This document shows positions 37,494 to 46,144 of a stretch of 63,964 bases of DNA, piece by piece. How positions within the stretch are numbered: the stretch's first letter is position 1; each line of letters starts with the position of its first letter. The notes beneath the pieces are model-generated. The model was given only the letters and a program-made list of their open reading frames with translations, was not told the DNA's origin and did not search any database. A program made the translations under genes and the position numbers. The DNA lies in NCBI GenBank assembly GCA_964431285.1, contig CAYSJO010000896.1, positions 1-63,964 of the forward strand, in the 5' to 3' direction. The stretch is from an uncultured Planctomycetaceae bacterium (GTDB taxonomy: Bacteria; Planctomycetota; Planctomycetia; Planctomycetales; Planctomycetaceae).

Positions 37494-38645
37494 ATGACGC
37501 ATCCTGATCGCTTTGAGACTCCGGCTGACGTGATGCGTCACGCCATCGAACTCGCCCGGCACGGGCTGGGACGTGTTGAGCCGAATCCCGCCGTCGGCGC
37601 TGTGCTGGTCGATGCGGATTCGAAGTTCCTCGCCCACGGATTTCATGAAGCATTCGGCGGACCGCATTCCGAGATCAACACGCTGGCCGATCTGACTCGG
37701 CGAGATTCCAACGCCCAGGAGCAACAGCGGCTGCTGGCGGACGCGACGCTGTATGTCACACTCGAACCGTGCTGCCACCACGGAAAAACTCCGCCGTGCA
37801 CTGCTGCGATCATCCAGTCCGGCATTCGGCGGGTTGTCTATGGCCTCCGTGATCCATCACCCCATGTGGCCGGTGGCGGCGAACGTCAGTTGGCTGAAGC
37901 CGGAATCCAGATCAGCCATGGACTGCTGCGGGATGAGGTGGCCGCTCTGAATGGTCCCTTCCTTCATCTCTTGAACACCGGCCGGCCGTGGGTGCACGCC
38001 AAGTGGGCGATGACACTCGACGGTCGAATTGCCGCGCATACCGGCGCGTCGAAATGGATTTCGAGTGAGGCCTCGCGAGCCGTTGTGCATGAACTGCGGG
38101 GACGCATGGACGCGGTCATCGTCGGCGCCAACACCGCACGCGTCGATGACCCGTTGCTGACCGCTCGACCGCCCGGCCCTCGAACGCCGTGTCGGGTTGT
38201 TGTTGACTCGCGGGCATCACTGCCCGTGGACAGCCGGCTTGTTCGCACCCTTGATGAAGGTCCAGTGCTTGTCGCAACAGGACGGTCACCTGATTCCGAA
38301 AACGTCGAATTACTCCAGAGTGGCGGTGTCGAAGTTGTTCCGTTTGAAAGTGTCGACGATCGAGTTGACCTGAATGGGCTATTGGTCGAACTGGGCAGGC
38401 GATCGCTGACAAATGTGCTGGTCGAAGGCGGCAGCGGTTTGCTCGGATCGCTCTTTGATCAGAACCTCGCGAATGAACTGCATGTGTTCATCGCGCCGAA
38501 AATTGTCGGCGGAGCTGAGTCGTTGTCCGCGGTGGGCGGCAAAGGCCTGACCGAGATTCCGGAACTGGGTCTGCTTAAGTCAATTCAGGTACGGGACTCA
38601 GGCGGCGACGTGTACATCCACGGAATCGTCGACCAAGGCTCGTAG
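37494..38645 (+). CDS. ribD: bifunctional riboflavin biosynthesis protein RibD (deaminase/reductase)
   Basis: ATG at 37494. EPNPAVGAVLV, HSEINTL, TLEPCCHHGKTPPC (CDA zinc motif). Reductase half KWAMTLDGRIAA...VEGGSGLLGSL. Confidence 0.9.
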   Translation: MTHPDRFETPADVMRHAIELARHGLGRVEPNPAVGAVLVDADSKFLAHGFHEAFGGPHSEINTLADLTRRDSNAQEQQRLLADATLYVTLEPCCHHGKTPPCTAAIIQSGIRRVVYGLRDPSPHVAGGGERQLAEAGIQISHGLLRDEVAALNGPFLHLLNTGRPWVHAKWAMTLDGRIAAHTGASKWISSEASRAVVHELRGRMDAVIVGANTARVDDPLLTARPPGPRTPCRVVVDSRASLPVDSRLVRTLDEGPVLVATGRSPDSENVELLQSGGVEVVPFESVDDRVDLNGLLVELGRRSLTNVLVEGGSGLLGSLFDQNLANELHVFIAPKIVGGAESLSAVGGKGLTEIPELGLLKSIQVRDSGGDVYIHGIVDQGS

Positions 38646-38665
38646 CAGCCGGATTTATCCGGCTG
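38646..38665. terminator. short GC hairpin after ribD (possible terminator, no T-tract)
   Basis: CAGCCGGA-TTTA-TCCGGCTG starts 1 nt after the ribD stop, between convergent genes. Confidence 0.35.
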
Positions 38666-38713
38666 GTGTCGGCTTTCGATCGCGGTGGACTCGCGACCCC
38701 CCTCTGACGAGGG

Positions 38714-38740
38714 AACCGCATGAATGCGGTTACTACGAAC
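38714..38740 (+). repeat. 27-nt dispersed element, copy 2
   Basis: Identical to 2714-2740. Preceded by CGCGACC and a CCCTC/GAGGG mini-hairpin. Ends 5 nt from the stop codon of the minus-strand cyclase gene. Confidence 0.6.
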
Positions 38741-38745
38741 GGCGG

Positions 38746-40635
38746 TTATTTCTCAGTCATCGAGAATGCCCCGTCCCAGTCCGCTGGCACTGCATTGTCG
38801 GTTCTGGCCATCTGGCGGAACAGGAAGTCCTTCGGGCCGTCGTCACCCTGCAGCGAGTTCAGCAGTGTTGTCCCCTCTTCCCAATTACCCGCGACGATGG
38901 AGTCGACGGCTTTTTCAAAGGTCGCAAGGTGCTCGGCCGAGATTTCACTCTTGTCGGCAGGCGGAAGCATCTGACTCACAGTGATGGCGATTTCCATACC
39001 TTTGGGACGAACCCGGGCCAGCTTCCGAACACGCGCCTTCGTTTCGGGAATGTGCTTTCGCGCGAATTCTGCAGAGGCTTCGTCAATGATGATCGAGACA
39101 CCGAACTGTTTCGTCATTGTCTCGAGTCGAGCACCCTGATTGACGACGGGGCCGAACACGCCAATCTTTGCCTGCTGACTCGTACCAATCTGGCCCGACA
39201 CGGCCCGCCCGTGTGCAATGCCCAGTCCCACACTGAATCCGTCAATCAGTCCTTCGTGCCGCTCGGGATGATTGAATTCGTCCTGGATTGCCAGCCCGGC
39301 CAGGCAGGCAGGAACTGCTCCCTCTTCCAGTTCAACGGGCCAGCCCCAGAAACCAAGCGCGGCGTCGCCCTGGAAATCGGCGATCGCTCCATCGTGGGCC
39401 AGAATCCCGTTTGTCATGCACCCCAGCGCCGCCTTCACGCAGTTCAACAGGTACAGCAGGTTATCCTGATGCTGCTCGGACTTGCGAGAGAAGCCGCGGA
39501 CGTCGCAGAACAGGACAGTGATCTCCCGCTCGGAAGGAGTCAGGACATCAGTCGTGCCTTTGCCGGTCAGGTTCTCCATGACCGTCGGTGAGAAGAACGA
39601 GCTGAGCTGCGTCTGTGTATCCTGCAGATCGCGAACGGATCGAATGGATCCAATGAACTGCGCGAGAAGCTGAGTGAACCGGATGTCCGGTTTCAGCGAT
39701 TCCTCGTCGATCAGCATCCCTCCGTCTTTGCCGCCTTCGCCCGAGATGTACAGGCACCAGCCTTCGCACGCCGCGCCCGGGACCGGCACACAGAGCGCCC
39801 AGTCCAGACTGTCGCTCATCGTAAACTGACCGCCTTCATCGCGATCGCCCCAGACATGCACCGTACACTCGCTGGTCTTGAGCGTGTGATTGACCAGGCG
39901 GCGACTGGGCATGAACCGCCCCTGATACGATTCACGCGTTTCAACTCGCATGATCGCCGGTTTCGGTAGATCGTAATTGCTCGGGTCGTCAGTGCCCTTC
40001 AGCGCCTCGACGACAGTTTCGTCCCACTGGGCCGCCGCGACGGCGACGGATTCCGGAATCGCATCGAGCAGCAGCTTGACCAGAAACTGAGCCAGTTCCA
40101 CGTCCGTCTTCGCACTGGCGATCATCGTTGGCAGATCACACAGCAGCTCCATCTGCCGGGCAGTGTCCGCGAACTCAACGCCGCTCAGATCGTCAGCCTT
40201 GATCGAAAACTCATCGACCTCATTGCTGCCGCTGTCGTCTGGATTCGAATCCTCAAACACACCCGAATCATCGAATGTCGACTTGACCCGGCGTGATGAT
40301 CCCGAAGGATCAACGGGCTTAACTTCAAGCAGAAAGACACCAAAGAGTGTCTGCCCGATCTGAAATTGTCCGCCTGGGCCAATCACGAATTCGCGGGTTG
40401 GCCCTTGTTGTGTAAGAATCGGGTTTCGCGCACCTTGAGCACAGGCTACTCGTGCCTTCTCACCGCGAATCTCAATGGTGGCATGCTCGCGAGAAACTTC
40501 ACGGTCCCACGTGACTGCGCAGTCATTGTTCGGGGTTCGGCCTATGCGAATCTGTTTGCCTTCGACCAGACTCAATTGCATGGTGTGATCGGCCGAGATT
40601 GCCTTCACTCGCAACACCATCTGGCTGGTGCTCAT
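38746..40635 (-). CDS. FHA domain - GAF-like region - class III adenylate/guanylate cyclase
   Basis: FHA: IRIGRTPNNDCAVTWDREVSREHATIE. Cyclase: ITVLFCDVRGFSRKSE...FQGDAALGFWGWP...GIAHGRAVSGQIG...VFGPVVNQGARLE. Confidence 0.85.
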   Translation of the reverse strand: MSTSQMVLRVKAISADHTMQLSLVEGKQIRIGRTPNNDCAVTWDREVSREHATIEIRGEKARVACAQGARNPILTQQGPTREFVIGPGGQFQIGQTLFGVFLLEVKPVDPSGSSRRVKSTFDDSGVFEDSNPDDSGSNEVDEFSIKADDLSGVEFADTARQMELLCDLPTMIASAKTDVELAQFLVKLLLDAIPESVAVAAAQWDETVVEALKGTDDPSNYDLPKPAIMRVETRESYQGRFMPSRRLVNHTLKTSECTVHVWGDRDEGGQFTMSDSLDWALCVPVPGAACEGWCLYISGEGGKDGGMLIDEESLKPDIRFTQLLAQFIGSIRSVRDLQDTQTQLSSFFSPTVMENLTGKGTTDVLTPSEREITVLFCDVRGFSRKSEQHQDNLLYLLNCVKAALGCMTNGILAHDGAIADFQGDAALGFWGWPVELEEGAVPACLAGLAIQDEFNHPERHEGLIDGFSVGLGIAHGRAVSGQIGTSQQAKIGVFGPVVNQGARLETMTKQFGVSIIIDEASAEFARKHIPETKARVRKLARVRPKGMEIAITVSQMLPPADKSEISAEHLATFEKAVDSIVAGNWEEGTTLLNSLQGDDGPKDFLFRQMARTDNAVPADWDGAFSMTEK

Positions 40636-41168
40636 CGCACGTACTCTCTTTGTATGAGCTTTGCTGTACCCACGAGCGGGGGTCCGAACTTCAGGGTCTC
40701 AGGTTGTTTGACAAGACGAAGCGGCCTGAACGGCGTTTCCCAGCTTGCATGTGAACATAGTATGAGCTCCGCTGCAATTCACGACTGTACGAGAGGTCTC
40801 CTCGTCCGAAAATCAGAATCCGCCCAATAAAAGCGCAAATTCTCGAACACACCACCTCCGTGGCGATACAGTCAACCTGAATCGCCGCCTGGTCAGGTTT
40901 GACTGTTTATCCCGATGAGGGAAGCGATCGAACTTTGAAATCATGTGGCACGTGGGTATCGCACACATCCGTTTGAGAGTGATCCAGTGTCAGAGCTGTA
41001 GTACCGGTTACGGCGGTTATCCAGAGAGGGTCTTTTCTGACTAGCGGAGGAATTGGTCCCGACCGAATGAGAGTATGTGAGATGAAACCAGTTGTTTCTT
41101 CGGACGTCCATCCATCAGACTGGACTTAATCGAGCGGTGGTGAGTTTCTCTGTCGCAGGTACCGTTGC

Positions 41169-41996
41169 ATGAATCGTCTCGTCTGGCTCAATCGTCGCGT
41201 TTGTCTCACTTTTGTGATTGGTCTCATGGCGTGCGCTGACGCACAAGCGCAGGGACTGATCTGGTCACTGCCGGAAGACGGTAGTTGGGTGCGCTACGAA
41301 GGCACCTACACACAGGAAGAAGTTCGACCGGACGCGACCGGCAACCTTATCCTACAGTGGGTTCGGCACCTGACGATTAAGTCGGTCGGCAGGGCTCAGG
41401 CAGATTATCGCGGGCAGATGGTTGACTGCCGCTGGATCGAAATCAAGCTTCAAACGGGTCGTATTCTGGACGGACGTGTGGACACCGGATCAGTTGGAGA
41501 GCGCATCTACAAAATACTGGTCCCTGAGCCCAGAGTACTGGGTCGGCTGCAGGACGAGGAGGGGCTGCCGGTCTCCTACCTGCCCATTGTGCGGGGCTTT
41601 CGCAAGACAAATGACAAGGACCCGACACCGCGTGAAATCAAGACCGGCATTCTCCAGGTCTTTCCGATCATTTCACTGATTCGTCACTACAAGAGCATGG
41701 ACGCGTCGGATGTACCTGCGAGTGTCGCGGTCGGCCTGAATGATTATCCCACAACAGTTTTGACTGGTTCGGTGGTTCAGGAAAGTCGCACAACTCGGGT
41801 GACGCACGAGACGAAGGAGATGCACCGGAACGACGAATTCCCCTTTGGGCTCGTTCAGTGGAAAATCGAAATCGTTGAAGACCGGAAGGGCGAAGTCCTG
41901 CCACGCTCTGAATTTGCTTTCGCGTCCAAGATCGAAGTCGAAATGACCGCTCGAGAAACCGGCACTGACGCGACCAGCGAACTTGCGGTTGAGTAA
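41169..41996 (+). CDS. secreted protein of unknown function
   Basis: Signal-like MNRLVWLNRRVCLTFVIGLMACADAQA. Beta-rich composition, no recognised motif. Flanked by 533-nt and 391-nt intergenic regions. Confidence 0.5.
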   Translation: MNRLVWLNRRVCLTFVIGLMACADAQAQGLIWSLPEDGSWVRYEGTYTQEEVRPDATGNLILQWVRHLTIKSVGRAQADYRGQMVDCRWIEIKLQTGRILDGRVDTGSVGERIYKILVPEPRVLGRLQDEEGLPVSYLPIVRGFRKTNDKDPTPREIKTGILQVFPIISLIRHYKSMDASDVPASVAVGLNDYPTTVLTGSVVQESRTTRVTHETKEMHRNDEFPFGLVQWKIEIVEDRKGEVLPRSEFAFASKIEVEMTARETGTDATSELAVE

Positions 41997-42387
41997 GTTC
42001 GCGTCCGACGCTCCGCCACGACACGTCTTAATGAACGCGGGCGGCCGCTACCACGATGTTCGCGGCCCGATGATGTGTCTGCCCGGCTAATCTGCCGAAA
42101 ATCGCAGCTGACGACTTCCCACGCGCTGGGTCGAGTGCACTACTACTGTTCAGTGCCAGGGCGTGCCGACACGCTGTGTACTTAAGTATAGTTTCTGCAA
42201 AAATCTGGGACAGCGTTGACTATTTGACGAATGTAAATACCATGATAGAGGTGATGGTCTGTCCGGCTGCGCTGATGAGTTTCGGACTGTCGAGTCATTG
42301 TACGTAAGGCCAACCCTCGCCCAGAAGGTTCAGTCATCCAAATCATCTGGCATTTCGACTTACCCTCTTTAAAGGGAGTTCGAGACA

Positions 42388-44547
42388 GTGAAGCGACTCT
42401 GCACGCCACTCTGTGTCCTGACAGTTCTTGCCATGATCGCTACCTCGGCTGACGCTGAGTCTGGTGCGACGGGTGCTGAACTCAGCCGGACTCTGACCGC
42501 GGAAAACAAAGAACTCGGCATTGAGGCCAAACCGATTGGCCTTGTCGATGACATGACTTACCTCCGCAGGACGTCGGTGGACCTGATTGGAAGGATTCCC
42601 ACGCATGAGGAAGTCGAGCAGTACCTGGCTTGGTCACCCACCGACCGACGCAGCCAATTGATCGATCGACTCATGGCCGATTCCCGGTTTGTCGACCGTT
42701 GGACGACGTTCTTTGCCGATATGCTCCGCCTGCGGTCCAATGCACCGGGTGGAGCGGCGGCCCTGGCATTCGTTCATAAGGCTATAGAAGAGGACATTCC
42801 TTACGACGAAATGGCACGTCGCTTCATCTCAGCCAACGGCAAGGCTGGAGCTGTTCCCGAGGTCGCGTACGTGCTGGGCGACAACGCCGATCCGATGGCC
42901 CTTGCTGGCGTCACCGCTCAGGTTTTCATGGGCATCCGGATCTCGTGTGCCCAGTGCCACGATCACCCGTTCGACAAGTGGACCCAGGAAGACTTCTACG
43001 GTTTCGCGGCATTCTTTGGGAAGACGCGGCGGTACGAGAATGACTTCACGAACACGATTTACACGTCGGAAGTCAAAATGTCATCCGTGCTCTGGCCACC
43101 CGAAGGTGAAGTTCCGGCCAGTGAGCGTAAGCCGGCGCTGCCGAAGTTCCTGGTCGATCTGATCGAGTCGAAGTCTAACTCTGAATACATCGCTCGCCTG
43201 GAACGCCAGCGCAAGGCTGAGCAGGATCTGATTGAAGCCGCCCTCGCTGAGAAGGCAAAGACCGCCGATCTCGATTCGCTGCTGGGCGATGCAGCCGAGC
43301 GGGCTCTGGAAGGTGCTTTGCGAGGAAAAAAAGACGCCGTCTCAGACGAAGCGAGAAGAGAACGCGAAGCGATCGATCTGACGGCCAGCTACTACAATTC
43401 CAGTGAACTTCGCACGGAACTGGCCGGTCTGATCGCAAATCCGAGGAATCGTTACTTCGCATCGTGCTTCGTGAATCGCGTCTGGGCCGATCTGGTCGGA
43501 CGCGGCATCGTCAACCCGATCGATGACTTCAGTGATGGGAACAAACCGTCACATCCGCAGACGCTGGACTTTCTGGCGAACGAGTTCATCGCCAGCGGGT
43601 TCCAGATCAAGCCGATCATCAAAATGATCGTCACCAGCGAACCATACATGCGAGGCCAGGCGGTTGGCTTTGATGCTCTGCAGACCGAAGAGCTGCAGTC
43701 CGCGTTCCTTGCTGCTCCGCCTCGGCGAATGCTGAGTGAAGTCCTCTACGATTCGATCGTCACGGCGGGACATCTCTTTGAGTACAAGTACCCGCAGGGC
43801 GCCAACATGAGGACCATCTCGAACCGCATTCGAGTCGCCATCCCAAAAGAAGGCGAAGAAGACGTGGTGGTACCTCAAGCGCTGGTGGCCAACGCTGGAG
43901 CGGCTATGAAGCCAAGTATGAAAGCTCAAATGGCTTCCCTGCCGGGTTACAGTCTTGAAGCTGGCATCGAACTCGATTTCGACGCCGTTCTGAAAAAGGC
44001 CGTGAACGAAGCCCGGGGGGAAACAGTCGAAGTTGAAGCCATGAAGGTGAAGTCGGCTGAAGAAATCGAAGCGGAGCGTATGCAAATGGAAGGTACGACC
44101 CGCCGCCGTTACACCTACATTTACCGCACTGTCGAGCGGACCTTTGACGACAATCCCATATTCAGCTCATCCTTCCGCATGGCATCTCCAGCCAACCCGG
44201 AGCACTTTGTTCGTATCTTCGGTCAGACCGATCGTGCCGAACTTGGTGTCCCGCGGGATCATGCTCCGAGCATGCGGCAGGGTTTGATGATGCTCAACGG
44301 AAAAATGACTCATGAAGCGTCGCGAGTTGGTTCGTTCGAACCTATGCACCAACTGCTTGTGGGTAAGAATGCTGATCTCAACGAAGCAGTGAAACTGGCC
44401 TATGTTGAGGTCCTGACACGTCAACCGGATGCTGACGAGATTGCAATGGCGGCGGCAATTGTTAGCGACGGCGATACATTGCTCGACGGCATGGCCGATC
44501 TTCGGTGGGTCCTCCTGAACTCAAACGAGTTCCGTTACCTGCCATAA
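42388..44547 (+). CDS. DUF1549/DUF1553 domain protein (PSD1-type)
   Basis: GTG start with GGGAG upstream. Signal peptide. DLIGRIPTHEEVEQYL (DUF1549), ISCAQCHDHPFDKW, FVNRVWADLVGRGIVNPIDDF (DUF1553). No N-terminal cytochrome-c domain seen. Confidence 0.9.
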   Translation: MKRLCTPLCVLTVLAMIATSADAESGATGAELSRTLTAENKELGIEAKPIGLVDDMTYLRRTSVDLIGRIPTHEEVEQYLAWSPTDRRSQLIDRLMADSRFVDRWTTFFADMLRLRSNAPGGAAALAFVHKAIEEDIPYDEMARRFISANGKAGAVPEVAYVLGDNADPMALAGVTAQVFMGIRISCAQCHDHPFDKWTQEDFYGFAAFFGKTRRYENDFTNTIYTSEVKMSSVLWPPEGEVPASERKPALPKFLVDLIESKSNSEYIARLERQRKAEQDLIEAALAEKAKTADLDSLLGDAAERALEGALRGKKDAVSDEARREREAIDLTASYYNSSELRTELAGLIANPRNRYFASCFVNRVWADLVGRGIVNPIDDFSDGNKPSHPQTLDFLANEFIASGFQIKPIIKMIVTSEPYMRGQAVGFDALQTEELQSAFLAAPPRRMLSEVLYDSIVTAGHLFEYKYPQGANMRTISNRIRVAIPKEGEEDVVVPQALVANAGAAMKPSMKAQMASLPGYSLEAGIELDFDAVLKKAVNEARGETVEVEAMKVKSAEEIEAERMQMEGTTRRRYTYIYRTVERTFDDNPIFSSSFRMASPANPEHFVRIFGQTDRAELGVPRDHAPSMRQGLMMLNGKMTHEASRVGSFEPMHQLLVGKNADLNEAVKLAYVEVLTRQPDADEIAMAAAIVSDGDTLLDGMADLRWVLLNSNEFRYLP

Positions 44548-44645
44548 ACTGTGTGTGATTTACGTCCCGCAGACGCGTCTCTGCCGGGCACTGCGAAACA
44601 AGGTTTACTCTTACCCCTCTGCTTCCGCTGAAAGGAACATGCACA

Positions 44646-45902
44646 ATGGTGGGTTGCCAGGACTACCGAGTCAGTCGCCGAGCTATGCTTGGAGCTTCCG
44701 CTGCAACGCTTATGGGTATGCAGGTCCGGGACCTGCTCGCGGCGAAGGGCCGTGATCACGAACCGACCGCCGACCACGTGATCTTCTTCTGGAATGGCGG
44801 CGGAATGACTCATTTGGATACGTGGGATCCAAAACCGGGCGCTCCGACTCAGGGCGAATTTGAGCCTATCGATACGTCAGCCCCAGGAATCCAGATCAGC
44901 GAGATTTTCCCGGAATTCGCCAAGGAAATGCACAATGTGTCGCTGGTCCGCTCAATCGCGGGCACACAGGGTGCCCATGGCCGTGCCAGTTATCTGGCGC
45001 AGACCAGTTACAACCAGACGGCCAATATCACGCACCCGGGTTTTGGCTCGGTGGTGGTGTCGGAAAAAGAAAAGCTGGGTGACCTGCCGGCGTATATCTC
45101 GATTAGCGGCCGCGCCCGGCGGGCGACCTACCTGGGGCAAAGCTGCGAGGCCTACTTTGTGGGCAGCCCCGGCGACAAGGACCCTTACCTTGCCTTCCCG
45201 GAAGGGATCACCAAGGTGCGTGGCAATAAGCGGTTAGACACGTTGGCGAAATTCAACGCCAAGTTCTCAAGCCGTACCACCAGCAAAGAGCTGGGCGCGA
45301 CCAAGACATCGGTCGAGGATGCCGTCAAGCTGATGCGCAGCCCGGCCCTCAAAGCGTTTGAACTGGACCATCTTCCTCTGACGGAGTTTGAGCGCTACGG
45401 CGACACTCCGTTTGGTCGAGGATGCCTGGTTGCGAAACAGCTCGTTGAGACGGGCGTCCGCTTCGTGCAGGTTAATCGCGGTGGATTCGACACCCACAGC
45501 AATAACTTTGAAGCCATGCGAAATCATGGTGACGTCATGGATCCGGCTCTCGGTTCCCTGATGCACGACCTGGACAAGACCGGTCTTCTGAAGCGCACGC
45601 TGGTCGTGATGCTCAGCGAATTTGGCCGGACGCCCCGCATTAATCGCAATGCTGGTCGTGACCACTATCCAGCAGTCTTCAGCTGCTTCATGGCTGGTGG
45701 CGGCATCAAGGGTGGCCAGGTCATCGGCTCGTCCGACAAGAACGGCGAACAGCCGCATGATCGCCCGGTTCTCATCCCCGAGTTGCACGCGACTCTGTGT
45801 CACGCTCTGGGCATCGATCCGAACAAAGAAGTCATGCCACCTCTGCAGCGTCCCATGAAGCTTGTCGATAAGGGCACGCCGATCATGGAAATGTTCGGCT
45901 AA
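44646..45902 (+). CDS. DUF1501 domain protein (sulfatase-fold, Tat signal)
   Basis: SRRAMLGASAATLMG, FWNGGGMTHLDTWDPKPGAP, LSEFGRTPRINRNAGRDHYP, MAGGGIKGGQVIGSSD. Confidence 0.9.
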   Translation: MVGCQDYRVSRRAMLGASAATLMGMQVRDLLAAKGRDHEPTADHVIFFWNGGGMTHLDTWDPKPGAPTQGEFEPIDTSAPGIQISEIFPEFAKEMHNVSLVRSIAGTQGAHGRASYLAQTSYNQTANITHPGFGSVVVSEKEKLGDLPAYISISGRARRATYLGQSCEAYFVGSPGDKDPYLAFPEGITKVRGNKRLDTLAKFNAKFSSRTTSKELGATKTSVEDAVKLMRSPALKAFELDHLPLTEFERYGDTPFGRGCLVAKQLVETGVRFVQVNRGGFDTHSNNFEAMRNHGDVMDPALGSLMHDLDKTGLLKRTLVVMLSEFGRTPRINRNAGRDHYPAVFSCFMAGGGIKGGQVIGSSDKNGEQPHDRPVLIPELHATLCHALGIDPNKEVMPPLQRPMKLVDKGTPIMEMFG

Positions 45903-45926
45903 GACCGAACGGACAACGCATTCCAA

Positions 45927-45960
45927 AGCCCGGCTTCTTTAACAGAAGCCGGGCTTTTTT
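45927..45960 (+). terminator. rho-independent terminator after DUF1501 gene
   Basis: Perfect 12-bp stem AGCCCGGCTTCT / AGAAGCCGGGCT, loop TTAAC, then TTTTTT. Confidence 0.7.
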
Positions 45961-46144
45961 AAAACTTCTATACGGCCACTGTTGAGCTCACCGCGGCAGT
46001 TCGTGCTTTCCGGTCTACTGACTTTTCGGTGTATGTGTATCCGTTGGCGTTCTCCTGATTGACGATGACGACTTTGCAGTTTACGTTGGTTGTCCTGTCG
46101 ATTCCCGCCTGACCTCACCCACTTTTTTTGCGTGGTTTTGATCT

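Noticed and set aside
46059-46087. Sigma-70-like hexamers TTGACG-N17-TACGTT upstream of the TPR pair (similar TTGACT-N16-TACCAT at 42216-42243)
   Set aside because: Hexamer matches of this quality occur by chance. I do not know a reliable planctomycete promoter consensus to compare against. Cannot be supported without TSS data, so not listed as features.
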